Counted from the first letter of the stretch, positions 27,727 through 37,891 are shown. The stretch: DNA of 64,000 bases from an uncultured delta proteobacterium (GCA_963815255.1 CAWFGH010000012.1:268121-332120), one strand, 5' to 3'. The notes: a model not told the origin generated them from the sequence alone. A program made the numbers and translations.

Positions 27727-27852
27727 GCTTTCCCCCGACTGACGAATAACTAGTGTACTACTAAATCAGTGCTCCATTTTTCTGGCCATTTCGTGGCGTG
27801 ACGTTTGCTTGTCGACCGTCTTGCCATGCGGCACGTTAGCCGCAGCTGTGCT

Positions 27853-28485
27853 CTAATATGAGATCCACAAAGATGTTGCCCTAAATTCTGATAAATCCGG
27901 ATCGGGCAACCTAGCGTAGCATCTCAGCCATGGCGTACCGGCCAGAAGGTCTTCATGAACGGGATTCACGTATATGACAGTAACTGCGCGCGTCCGAGCG
28001 CTTATTCCCTCCCGAAGCCCGTCGAGGACCCGCTTCATCGTTGCGGGCCCGAACGGGTTGAATAAGTAAAACAAATTGCCGCGTGTAAAATCGAACTCTT
28101 CAGCCCTCGAGCATAATATCGATACCGGTGCTTTCTTTCGGCGCACTCGTTGCGCATTGTGCCGCGCCGAGTCGCAGAGACTCTCTACGTATTCTATTCC
28201 AATCGCTTCTGCTATGTCGTAGGTTGCGGCGCAACAGACTACGCGGCCTTTGCCGCAGCCGAGATCCACGAACACATCCGAGGGCTTGAGAGATAGGAAA
28301 GTTAGTATTCTGAAGATCGCTCGGTACGGCACCGTCGCATAATAGTGCTGCTCCGGAGGCATGGATTGCGCGGCGCCTTCTCTCCTGTACGTTCCTCTCG
28401 TCAGTATTCGAAGGCGACGCTCCCAAAGAGCGTTATCTATCTTTCGCAGGACCCTTGCAGTTCGATTTCCAAAAATAGGATGCAT
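27853..28485 (-). CDS. Class I SAM-dependent methyltransferase
   Basis: YYATVPY, VFVDLGCGKGRVV, GIEYVESLCDSARHN, FYLFNPF, IYVNP; lower GC than core genes. Confidence 0.85.
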   Translation of the reverse strand: MHPIFGNRTARVLRKIDNALWERRLRILTRGTYRREGAAQSMPPEQHYYATVPYRAIFRILTFLSLKPSDVFVDLGCGKGRVVCCAATYDIAEAIGIEYVESLCDSARHNAQRVRRKKAPVSILCSRAEEFDFTRGNLFYLFNPFGPATMKRVLDGLREGISARTRAVTVIYVNPVHEDLLAGTPWLRCYARLPDPDLSEFRATSLWISY

Positions 28486-28582
28486 CGGATCTAAGCATCT
28501 GTGCTATTTATTGAACGTTAAACCCGGATATCGGTTTTGGCTCTCGGATTCCAACTGCCGTGTAGGCAGGCCGACCTCTCCG

Positions 28583-28825
28583 TGCACCCTAGTCTCGCGA
28601 CTTGCTGGAAATCCTGTTGTTAGTGAGGAGACAATGCGGGCTCTCGCCGGACACGCTTCACGAGCGATGCTGTCTTGGTACAGTCACATCCGCACGGACG
28701 CAAAACAGGCTGTGACCTCAGCTCTTGATCAGATCGGCGACGCTTGGGAGGTCGCAGATTCTGGAAGAGGCACGGCACAAAATTGGGCACAATCTCATGC
28801 AGTACCCAAGCACACACTCAACTAA
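28583..28825 (+). pseudogene. C-terminal remnant of a tyrosine recombinase/integrase
   Basis: TLVSRLAGNPVVSEETMRALAGHASRAMLSWYSHIRTDAKQAVTSAL retains the box II GH and catalytic Y; N-terminal domains are absent; ends 15 bp from the tRNA 3' end. Confidence 0.75.
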
Positions 28826-28839
28826 CCCCTTGATTTTAT

Positions 28840-28916
28840 TGGTGGAGCTGACGTGGATCGAACACGCGACCTCCTGAATGCCATTCAGGCGCTCTCCCAA
28901 ACTGAGCTACAGCCCC
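28840..28916 (-). tRNA. tRNA-Ala(GGC)
   Basis: GGGGCTG acceptor pairing with CAGCTCC-A-CCA; D arm GCTC/GAGC; anticodon arm CCTGA-ATGGCAT-TCAGG; T loop TTCGATC. Confidence 0.97.
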
Positions 28917-28936
28917 ACCGCGTGGAGAGATCAGCC

Positions 28937-28973
28937 CTCAGTTAATCGGATGCTCTCGATTGGGTCAACCTGA
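28937..28973 (-). promoter_or_regulatory. tRNA-Ala promoter; copy 1 of a 37-bp direct repeat
   Basis: Minus strand TTGACC (28968-28963), 17-nt spacer, TTAACT (28945-28940), about 24 nt upstream of the tRNA. Confidence 0.7.
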
Positions 28974-29078
28974 AGCTCGCTGAGCCGCTGAGCTTCTGCC
29001 GCGTTCGGCGCCTCGGCATCCCGATTGCTTCTTTTCCGTCCCCCAGCCATTTTGATCGTCATTCCTGCGAGGCGTCGA

Positions 29079-29882
29079 ATGAGGTCTGAGGTGGAAAATG
29101 CGAGCCTGCTGAGCCCCGATGAACCGCCCGCGTTTCAGATCGTCCGGGAGCAAGGGCGCGCGGCGTATCTCCTCGCTTGCGACCATGGCGGGAATCTACT
29201 GCCGCGCGCGCTCGGCACTTTGGGTCTAAGTCCGCTCGAGTTGAAGCGCCACATCGCGTGGGACATCGGCGCGGCGGGACTCGCGAGAAAACTCGCCGAC
29301 GCGCTCGACGCTTTTCTGATCGTGCAAACCTACTCGCGCCTCGCGATCGACTGCAACCGCAGGCCGCTCTCGTCCACTTCGATCGCGCCGCTGAGCGAGT
29401 CGACCCCGATTCCCGGCAACGAGCATGTCAGGCCGGCAGACGCGGAGGCCCGCCGGCGCGAGATTTTTCAGCCCTACCACGACCGTATCGGCGCCGAACT
29501 TGACGCCCGCATGGTGGTGGGGCGGCCGACCATCCTCGTCGCCGTGCACAGCTTCACGCCGGTGTTCCATGGGGAAAGCCGGCCGTGGCATGTCGGAGTC
29601 CTTTACAACCGGGACGCCCGCCTCGCCGGCATTCTGCTCGAACTGTTTCGCAGCGAGAGCGGGATCGTGGTCGGAGACAATCAACCCTACGCGGTCAGCG
29701 ACGAAGGCGACTACACGATTCCGATCCACGGTGAGCGGCGCTCGATTCCGCATGTCGAGCTCGAAGTACGCCAGGACCTCCTGGCTGACGAGTCCGGCCA
29801 GGCGGCCTGGGCGGATCGGTTGGCGCGCGCGCTGATCAAGGCCGAAGGTCTGATTAACCAGCCTCGGTTACCTCGTCCGTGA
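29079..29882 (+). CDS. N-formylglutamate amidohydrolase family protein
   Basis: LLACDHGGN, RHIAWDIGA, YSRLAIDCNR, FQPYHDRI, VAVHSFTP, GDNQPY, TIPIHG, VELEVRQDL. Confidence 0.9.
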   Translation: MRSEVENASLLSPDEPPAFQIVREQGRAAYLLACDHGGNLLPRALGTLGLSPLELKRHIAWDIGAAGLARKLADALDAFLIVQTYSRLAIDCNRRPLSSTSIAPLSESTPIPGNEHVRPADAEARRREIFQPYHDRIGAELDARMVVGRPTILVAVHSFTPVFHGESRPWHVGVLYNRDARLAGILLELFRSESGIVVGDNQPYAVSDEGDYTIPIHGERRSIPHVELEVRQDLLADESGQAAWADRLARALIKAEGLINQPRLPRP

Positions 29883-30669
29883 AAACTTTGAAGCTGACCA
29901 GAGTACTGGGACCGAAGGTATTGCTGATGGCGACATCGGCGGCGTCGCGACCGCGTGCAATGAGCACCCGCCCGATCCGCGGAATGTTGTTGCGCGGATC
30001 GAACGTGTACCATCGGCCGCCGAGATACGCTTCGAACCATCCGGCGAAGTCCATCGGTCCGTAGGGCGGCGGGATGCCAATATCGCCGAGATAGCCGGCG
30101 CAATAGCGCGCGGGAATGTTCATGCAGCGGCACAACGTGATCGCCAGATGGGCGTAATCGCGGCAGACGCCCCGGCCTTCCTTGAACGCCTGCTCGGCGG
30201 TTTTACTTGGACGGGCGTGCTCATAGCCGAAGGCGATATGCTGATGGACGAAATCGCAGATCGCCTGAACCCGCGCCCAACCGGGCGGAGACCGATCGAA
30301 CAGGTCCCAGGCGGCCTGGGACAAAAGGTCGGTCTCGCAATACCGGCTGCCCAGGAGAAAAACCAGGCTCTCCTCCGGCAGGTCCTCGACCGGGTGCTGA
30401 CAGGCCGAGGGGGCGACTTCGTCGGGTTCGCCGGTGTCGCGGACGACCCCGCTGCTGGCGATTCGAAGGCGCCCCTTGGGAGCCACGATCCTGGTGGACC
30501 AGTTCCCGAATCCGTCGCGATATCCGGTAAGCGGTACCCGCGGGTCGGTCGTCACAAAATCGGGAATGACGATATCGGACGCACGCGTGTAATGGATGTT
30601 CAAGGTCAGAATCATCGGAGTGGGTTGCGGAAAGTCGTAGATCAGCTCGTAGCCGACGCGGATTTGCAT
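29854..30669 (-). CDS. Transglutaminase-like protein
   Basis: FLLGSRYCETD, GVCRDYAHLAITLCR, PARYCAGYLGD, DFAGWFE, FDPRNN.PRIGR, RGRDAADV. Confidence 0.9.
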   Translation of the reverse strand: MQIRVGYELIYDFPQPTPMILTLNIHYTRASDIVIPDFVTTDPRVPLTGYRDGFGNWSTRIVAPKGRLRIASSGVVRDTGEPDEVAPSACQHPVEDLPEESLVFLLGSRYCETDLLSQAAWDLFDRSPPGWARVQAICDFVHQHIAFGYEHARPSKTAEQAFKEGRGVCRDYAHLAITLCRCMNIPARYCAGYLGDIGIPPPYGPMDFAGWFEAYLGGRWYTFDPRNNIPRIGRVLIARGRDAADVAISNTFGPSTLVSFKVFTDEVTEAG

Positions 30670-30684
30670 ATGCTCAGGTCCTCT

Positions 30685-31647
30685 TTATTGCCGCAGCCCC
30701 GTGAGCGCCGGGTCCGTGGCGGAAAATTCCTGGAGCCCCTTCTCGCCCTGCGACGGTTCCGTTGATGAACGGGTCTCGTCGAGAACGCTTACGGCGACCT
30801 CCATGCCCAGGAAAGCCGCCCGCCTGCCGATAAAGGTTCCCCAAAGCGGCAGCACTTGCGCGTGGTCCCATGCCACCGCGACGCGGATTAGATTGTGGTT
30901 GCCGACGATCTTGTTGGTCGGATCGAAATCGACCCATCCCATCCCTGGAAGGTAAACCTGCAGCCACGCGTGGGTCGCGCCCCGCCCGACGGCGAGGCGC
31001 GGATCGGCGTCGGGTAAGAAGATATAGCCGCTCACGAACCTGGCGGCCATCCCGAGCGACCGGACGCCCTCGATCATCAAGAGAGCAAAATCACGGCAGG
31101 TCCCATATCCGCGTTGGAGGGTGTCGCTTGGGGTCTGCACGCCGCGCTCGACGCGGCGCCGGTACTCGAATTGCTGGTTGATCCCCACGGTCATCGATCG
31201 AAGCAAGGCCATCGTGTCCATCGAGCCCGATGCGCCGGACGAGGCCAGAAAGCCGGTTGCCCATTGCCGCACGTCCTCGGCCGGATAGCCTCGCTCCAGT
31301 CCTCGCGCGAGATCCGCGCGCTCTTCGCTGGAATAGGCAAACGGATAGGTTCTTGCCGCGGGTTCGAGCCGATATTCCGGAGTAACCGGCTCGATGTGCT
31401 CAAGCGTGACGACGCTCTCGAACCGAAGCTCGGTCGTCTGCCCGGTAAACGTCGCCACCGCGACCGAGTTATCGAAAACGTCGTGAGTCCAATGAAGGTC
31501 CGCCGGTTGCGGCATGATCGCGAGGCTGCTCTTGATCAGCCGCAAATCATAGCTCGCCCGCGGCTGAAACATCCATCGATGCTTGCCCAATCCGACCGGT
31601 TCCGAATAACGATACACGGTGACGTGCCTTACGGTAAAAAGGCGCAT
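30685..31647 (-). CDS. Transglutaminase-like protein with N-terminal Bact_transglu_N domain
   Basis: VRHVTVYRYSEPV, DVFDNSVA, GTCRDFALLM, ARFVSGY, ATHAWLQVYLPGMGWVDFDPTN. Confidence 0.9.
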   Translation of the reverse strand: MRLFTVRHVTVYRYSEPVGLGKHRWMFQPRASYDLRLIKSSLAIMPQPADLHWTHDVFDNSVAVATFTGQTTELRFESVVTLEHIEPVTPEYRLEPAARTYPFAYSSEERADLARGLERGYPAEDVRQWATGFLASSGASGSMDTMALLRSMTVGINQQFEYRRRVERGVQTPSDTLQRGYGTCRDFALLMIEGVRSLGMAARFVSGYIFLPDADPRLAVGRGATHAWLQVYLPGMGWVDFDPTNKIVGNHNLIRVAVAWDHAQVLPLWGTFIGRRAAFLGMEVAVSVLDETRSSTEPSQGEKGLQEFSATDPALTGLRQ

Positions 31648-31700
31648 GCAGGTTGCCTCGGCGGTCGTATCGATTGAGGAACAACGCGGGAGGGACACTT

Positions 31701-31737
31701 CTCAGTTAATCGGAAGCTGCCGGCCGGGTCAATCTGA
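31701..31737 (-). promoter_or_regulatory. Copy 2 of the 37-bp repeat (TTGACC-N17-TTAACT) upstream of the transglutaminase genes
   Basis: CTCAGTTAATCGGAAGCTGCCGGCCGGGTCAATCTGA; 30 of 37 positions identical to 28937-28973. Confidence 0.7.
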
Positions 31738-31837
31738 CCTTATCGCTGAAGCTTGTTGCTTAAGCTAATTGCGTTGAAGTTGATTGAGCCTCGCTGAGAT
31801 GCCGGAGCCCGTGATGCCACCCGACGCGCGCGACGCT

Positions 31838-33538
31838 TCAATCGTGGGTGCGTCCGATCAGCTCGCGCGCCGCGCGGCGAAACTTGTCGGTGACTTCGGC
31901 GCCGCCGAGCATCCGCGCGATCTCTTCGATCCGCTCAGCTTGCACCAGCGCGCTCACGCGGCTGCGGGTCGCGCCGCGCCGTTCCTCTTTTTCGATCAGG
32001 AAATGAGTGTCGGCGAAGGCGGCGACCTGCGGCAGATGGGTCACGCACAGCACCTGATGAAAGCGCGCGAGTTCCTTGAGCTTGCGTCCGACGACCTGGG
32101 CGACCGCGCCGCCGACGCCCGCGTCGACCTCGTCGAAGATCATCGTGGCGACGCCGCGCCGCTGCGCCTCCAGGCGCTTGAGCGCGAGCATCACGCGCGA
32201 GAGCTCGCCGCCCGAGGCGATGCGCGCGAGCGCCATCGGCGGCTGCCCGAGGTTGGGCGAGAGCATGAATTCGATCGCGTCCGCGCCGCCCGGCCCGAGC
32301 GTCATCCGGTTATGCTCGAACGCGGGTTCCGACTTTTCCAGCGGCGCGAAGCGCGCCTCGAACACCGGCGCGCGCATCCCCAGCGTCTTGAGCTCGGTCT
32401 CCATCCGGCGCTTGAGCTCAGCCGCCGCGCTCTGGCGCCGCGCGCTGAGCTCGGCGCCCATCCGCGCGAGATTATCGAGCGCGTCGCGGAGCTCGGCTTC
32501 GGCCGCGGCGCGCGAGTCGGACACCCGCTCGAGCTCGGAAACCTCGGCGCGCGAGCGCTCCAGAGTTTCGAGCACGCTCTGCAGCGTGCCGCCATACTTG
32601 CGCTTGAGCCGGGTCAGTTCGGCCATCCGCGTTTCGATCTCTTCGAGGCGCGCCGGGTCGGCCTCGATTCGCGCGGCGTAATCGCGCAGCGTATGCGCGG
32701 CCTCCTCCAGGCCAAGACGCGCCGAGCTGATCAGTTCGAGCGCGTCCTTGAGCTTGGGATCGATCACCGCCGCCTCGCCGACCCGGGTCTCGGCGCGCGC
32801 GACCGCGTCGAGCGCCGCGGCGCTCTCGCCCGAGAGCATCTGCTCGGCGTCAGTGGCGGCGGCGCCCAGGCGCGCGGCGTTGGCCAGTACCGTGCGCTCG
32901 GCCGCCAGTTGCTCGTCCTCGCCGGGCGTAAGCCCGGCGTGCTCGAGCTCGGCGATGCGGAAGCGCGCGAGCTCGAGCTGCTCCGCGCGGGTGCGCTCGC
33001 GCTCGCGCAGCTCGGCGGCGCGAGCGCGCGCTTCGGCCGTCGCGCGGTACGCCGCGCCGTACTGCTCGAGCGTCGCGTCGAGCGCGGCGTGCCGGTCCAG
33101 GAGCTGGAGATGGCTCTCGGAGCGGAGCAGCGTCTGATGCTCGTGCTGGCCGTAGACCTGGACCAGGCCCTGGCCCATCCGCGCCAGGGTCTGCACGGTA
33201 GCCATCTCGCCGTTGATGTAGGCGCGCGAACGACCGCCATCGGCGGCGAGCGTGCGGCGGATGAGCAACTCGCGCGGGGCGGATTCGGCGAACTGCTGGG
33301 TGCCCTCGGGCAGCGGCGCCTCGCCCTCGAGCTCGAACATTCCTTCGACGACGGCTTCATTCTGTCCGGCGCGGATCATGTCGGGCGAGGCGCGGCCGCC
33401 GAGCAGCAGCCCGAGCGCGGTCATGATGATGGTCTTGCCGGCGCCGGTCTCGCCCGAGAGCACGTTGAAGCCGGGGCCGAAATAAAGCGCTGCGCCCTCG
33501 ATGATGGCGAAGTTGCGGATGCGCAGTTCGACCAGCAT
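31838..33538 (-). CDS. recN: DNA repair protein RecN
   Basis: LSGETGAGKT, GQHEHQ, long coiled coil, IASGGELSRVMLAL, IFDEVDAGVGG, LCVTHLPQVA. Confidence 0.97.
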   Translation of the reverse strand: MLVELRIRNFAIIEGAALYFGPGFNVLSGETGAGKTIIMTALGLLLGGRASPDMIRAGQNEAVVEGMFELEGEAPLPEGTQQFAESAPRELLIRRTLAADGGRSRAYINGEMATVQTLARMGQGLVQVYGQHEHQTLLRSESHLQLLDRHAALDATLEQYGAAYRATAEARARAAELRERERTRAEQLELARFRIAELEHAGLTPGEDEQLAAERTVLANAARLGAAATDAEQMLSGESAAALDAVARAETRVGEAAVIDPKLKDALELISSARLGLEEAAHTLRDYAARIEADPARLEEIETRMAELTRLKRKYGGTLQSVLETLERSRAEVSELERVSDSRAAAEAELRDALDNLARMGAELSARRQSAAAELKRRMETELKTLGMRAPVFEARFAPLEKSEPAFEHNRMTLGPGGADAIEFMLSPNLGQPPMALARIASGGELSRVMLALKRLEAQRRGVATMIFDEVDAGVGGAVAQVVGRKLKELARFHQVLCVTHLPQVAAFADTHFLIEKEERRGATRSRVSALVQAERIEEIARMLGGAEVTDKFRRAARELIGRTHD

Positions 33539-33553
33539 CGCCGCTCCCCGCGC

Positions 33554-34447
33554 TCAGCCCCAGCGCAACTTGTTGCGCCAGATTTCGAAATAGGAGTGCG
33601 ACGATCGCACGAGCACCACCGGGTTTTTGCCGCGCCGCACGCGCAGGGTGTCGTTGCTCGCGATGCGCGCGGTTTGCTGACCGTCCACCGTCAGCATCGC
33701 GCCGTTGTCGTCGGTCTTGACCCGCACCTCGATCTCGAACGAATCGGGCAGCACCACCGGACGATTGCTCAGCGTGTGCGGGCAAATCGGCGCGAGCACC
33801 ACGACGTCGAGCGTCGGGTACACGATCGGCCCGCCGGCGCTGAGCGCGTATGCGGTGGAACCGGTCGGCGTCGCGATAATCAGGCCGTCGGCGCGGTAGG
33901 AGCAGAAGCGCTCGCCGCTTGCGACCACGTTGAGCTCGAGCATCCGGCCGAGCGCGCGCTTGTTGATCACGACGTCGTTGAGCGCACGGAAGATCTCGCG
34001 ATCGGCCGTGCGCGCGCCCGCGGGATGCGCTTCGACGGCCGCCTCCAGCGTGATGCGGCGATCGACCTCGTAATCGCCGGCCAGCACGCGGGCCAGCGTC
34101 GCCTGCGCCTCCTCGGTGGTGATCTCGGTCAGAAAGCCAAGGCCGCCGAGGTTGATGCCGAGGATCGGCGTTTCGCGCTCGCCGACCAGCCGCGCGATGC
34201 TGAGCAGCGTGCCGTCGCCGCCGAGCACCACGATAAGGTCCGCGCGCAGCGCCAGTTGCTCGCGCTCGACCGCTTCGGCGCCGAGTTGCGGGGCGACCTC
34301 GGGCTCGGCGAGCGTGGTCAGATGGCGCGAGCGCAGCCATCCCGTGAGCACGTGCGCGATCGTGATCGCGCGCGGGCGCTCGTGCCGCAGGACCATCCCC
34401 ACCGTCTTTAGCGAATGCTTTACTACTTTCGCGTTCACGGACTTCAC
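33554..34447 (-). CDS. nadK: NAD kinase
   Basis: LGGDGTLL, GINLGGLGFL, ALNDVV, DGLIIATPTGSTAYALSAGG, PICPH. Confidence 0.95.
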   Translation of the reverse strand: MKSVNAKVVKHSLKTVGMVLRHERPRAITIAHVLTGWLRSRHLTTLAEPEVAPQLGAEAVEREQLALRADLIVVLGGDGTLLSIARLVGERETPILGINLGGLGFLTEITTEEAQATLARVLAGDYEVDRRITLEAAVEAHPAGARTADREIFRALNDVVINKRALGRMLELNVVASGERFCSYRADGLIIATPTGSTAYALSAGGPIVYPTLDVVVLAPICPHTLSNRPVVLPDSFEIEVRVKTDDNGAMLTVDGQQTARIASNDTLRVRRGKNPVVLVRSSHSYFEIWRNKLRWG

Positions 34448-34625
34448 GCTCGCGCCCGCGCCGGCCGTGGCGCCGGCGTGATGCGCCCGTCACGTGCGCG
34501 TGATCGTGCCTCAAATTCGATGACTGAATTGCGCGGCGAGGATGAAGTTGCGTTCAACGCGTCGAACCGCCGTCCCCGAGTCTCGGGCCGCAAACGTGCG
34601 ACCGGAGAACCCGGCCCAAGGTTAT

Positions 34626-35396
34626 CTAGGGCGAAGCGCCCGGATCAACCGTGATTGTTTTGGGCACGGCGGGCCCTTCAGGCGTGACCGTGATGCTCTT
34701 GGGCACGGGCGACGGGTCCACCGGTGGTTTAGGGGTTCCGACGATCAACGCGACCGCCTCGACGTGGTCGACCGTCACTCCCTCCACGCGGGTTTTGGCC
34801 ATAGTTTTGATTAGTACCGCGTTAGCGCCGGCCTCGCATGCTTTGCGCTTGAGTAGCGCCAGGATGTCCTCATGCTGGGTCGGTGCGCCGTCAACGTTGA
34901 GCGTCGCGACCTCACGCGTCTTGCCCGTCGGCTTGTCGTGCAGGATTTGCACGTCGCTCTGCACGTCGCAGTTCACAGGCGGCGCAGAGCCCTCGGCGCT
35001 GTCGTCGGAGTCGTCGTCCCTGCCGACGCGCGTCGTGGTGACGCCGATCGCCTTTCCAACGCTGAACCGCGGCCGCGACGGCGCAACCGGCGTCCTGTCT
35101 GCGGCGGGGATGCCGCCGAACCGCTCCGGCGTTCGATGCAACTCGGTGGTGGGCGTCGCCGTTGCTGAGGGTTTCGCTGGCTCGGCCGGTTGGCCGCTTA
35201 TCGCTGCTTCTTCAGCCGCCTGCGCTGACGGCGCCGCAGGCGCCGTCAGCGCAGGCGACGATTGTGGCGACGGCGGCGCGAGTGACGGTGGCGTCTGAGC
35301 AGACGCCGCCGTCACGCATCCGCCGAGCACGCAACATAAGATCGCGCAACGTAAGATCGCGCGGGATAAAATAACGATGTCCACCAACCGCCGCAC
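34626..35396 (-). CDS. Exported hypothetical protein with Pro/Ala-rich linker
   Basis: Signal-like N-terminus ending ..ASA, low-complexity linker, C-terminal LKRKACEAGANAVLI segment. Confidence 0.55.
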   Translation of the reverse strand: MRRLVDIVILSRAILRCAILCCVLGGCVTAASAQTPPSLAPPSPQSSPALTAPAAPSAQAAEEAAISGQPAEPAKPSATATPTTELHRTPERFGGIPAADRTPVAPSRPRFSVGKAIGVTTTRVGRDDDSDDSAEGSAPPVNCDVQSDVQILHDKPTGKTREVATLNVDGAPTQHEDILALLKRKACEAGANAVLIKTMAKTRVEGVTVDHVEAVALIVGTPKPPVDPSPVPKSITVTPEGPAVPKTITVDPGASP

Positions 35397-35573
35397 AACA
35401 TCAGTATCCGCGCTCTCCCGGCGCGGGCAAGCGGGTGCGCCGCGCCGCCGCGCGCGGCGTGCAGAGCAACAGCGCGCGCGTCACGTCCGCGAAAGCCTCG
35501 CTTTCGCGGACGTTTCATATAAAATCGCTCCGTCGGCGGCGCGCTTGGCGCGCCGCCGACGCAGCAAGTCGCG

Positions 35574-36452
35574 ATGGCTTCGAGGAAAGAAAAACGGCCG
35601 CTGATTGGCGCGCACGTGTCGATCGCGGGCGGCGTCAGCCAGTCGCTGGCCCGCGGCCGGCAGATCGGCTGCGATTGCATCCAGATTTTCACCAAGAGCT
35701 CGCGCCAGTGGGCCGCCAAGCCTTACTCGCGCGAGGAAATCGAGGCATTCAAAAGCGCACAGGCCGAAACCGGGATCAAAATGGTCGTCGCGCACGACTC
35801 CTACCTCCTCAATCTCGGCGCGCCCGAAGAGAAACTGCGCAAGCGCTCGGTCGAGGGCCTCATCGACGAACTGGAGCGCTGCGAGGCGCTCGGCGTGCCA
35901 TTTCTAATCGCGCATCCGGGCTCCCACGTCGGCTCAGGCGAAGAGGCGGGTATTGCGACAATCGCCCGCTCGATCGACGAGGCGCACAAATCGTGCGCCG
36001 GTTTCAAAGCCAGGATCGCGGCGGAGATCACAGCGGGGCAGGGGAGCAATCTCGGCTACTCGTTCGCGCAGATGGGGCGCATCTTCGACGCAGTCAAGGA
36101 GAACGAACGCCTGCGCCTGTGCTTCGACACCGAGCACGCTTTCGCCGCGGGCTACGATATCCGCAGCGATGAAGGCTACGAGCGTACGTTCGCGGAACTG
36201 GACCAGCACGTCGGACTCAAGCGGCTGGTCGCCTTTCATCTCAACGATTCGCTCAAGCCCTTTCACTCGCGCGTCGACCGCCATGAGCATATCGGCAAGG
36301 GCCACCTCGGCGTCGGGCCGTTCGAGCGCCTACTCCACGACCCGCGCTTCTTCGGCCTCCCGATGTGCCTGGAGACCGAGCCCGGCCCCGACATGAAGGA
36401 CATCGCCAAGGACGTCGTCACGCTGCGCAAGCTGCTGGAATCGCAAGACTGA
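35574..36452 (+). CDS. nfo: Endonuclease IV
   Basis: IGAHVSIAGG, QIFTKS, AHDSYLLNL, HPGSH, EITAGQG, CFDTEH, HLNDS, DRHEHIG.G.LG. Confidence 0.95.
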   Translation: MASRKEKRPLIGAHVSIAGGVSQSLARGRQIGCDCIQIFTKSSRQWAAKPYSREEIEAFKSAQAETGIKMVVAHDSYLLNLGAPEEKLRKRSVEGLIDELERCEALGVPFLIAHPGSHVGSGEEAGIATIARSIDEAHKSCAGFKARIAAEITAGQGSNLGYSFAQMGRIFDAVKENERLRLCFDTEHAFAAGYDIRSDEGYERTFAELDQHVGLKRLVAFHLNDSLKPFHSRVDRHEHIGKGHLGVGPFERLLHDPRFFGLPMCLETEPGPDMKDIAKDVVTLRKLLESQD

Positions 36453-36464
36453 CACGCAAACTGA

Positions 36465-37496
<1,032 letters not shown>

Positions 37497-37570
37497 TTTC
37501 TCATTAGTAAGTTGCATGCAATAGCTTGTCATCAGAGGCCGCCGTAATATAAGCCAGCCGGTGCCGCTTC

Positions 37571-37694
37571 TGTCATCTGAGCGAGCAGTTGCGCGAGTCG
37601 AAGGACCCCGATCCTTCAGGACGAGCATTGCAAGAGTCTCCGAGCATAAGGAGTCGGGGTCCCTCGACTACGGCAGCCTTCGCTCGGGATGACA
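37571..37694. repeat. Long imperfect extragenic palindrome (REP/MITE-like)
   Basis: Arms TGTCATCTGAGCGA / TCGCTCGGGATGACA and AGTCGAAGGACCCCGA / TCGGGGTCCCTCGACT. Confidence 0.75.
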
Positions 37695-37891
37695 AAAGAA
37701 GAAAGCTCACAGACGCGGTCCTCAGCGCGTATTCCACCGCACGTTTGCTAACGCGACCCTGTTCCGCGGCTTCCTATGTGCCTTCCGACGCGGCTGAGCG
37801 TGCCGCGGCCCACTCGACGCCTTAACAAAGCGCGCGCGCCTGTTCACGATGAGATGACTGCGCTCCGCGATGAAGCCGGCCTCGGCCGATT

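Larger units (their letters stand above)
23240..28839. mobile_element. Decayed genomic island at the tRNA-Ala 3' end (left boundary uncertain)
   Basis: Integrase remnant abutting the tRNA CCA end, visibly lower-GC genes and a pseudogene; the second att copy was not found. Confidence 0.5.

Noticed and set aside
27794-27809. Sigma54-like TGGCGTGACGTTTGCT on the plus strand
   Set aside because: It points into the 3' end of an opposite-strand gene with no sense target; probably chance unless an antisense RNA is shown.
31784-34411. 875-aa plus-strand ORF and many similar long Arg/Ala-rich ORFs
   Set aside because: Antisense or alternate-frame shadows of recN, nadK and other clear genes, as expected at this GC content; no motifs.
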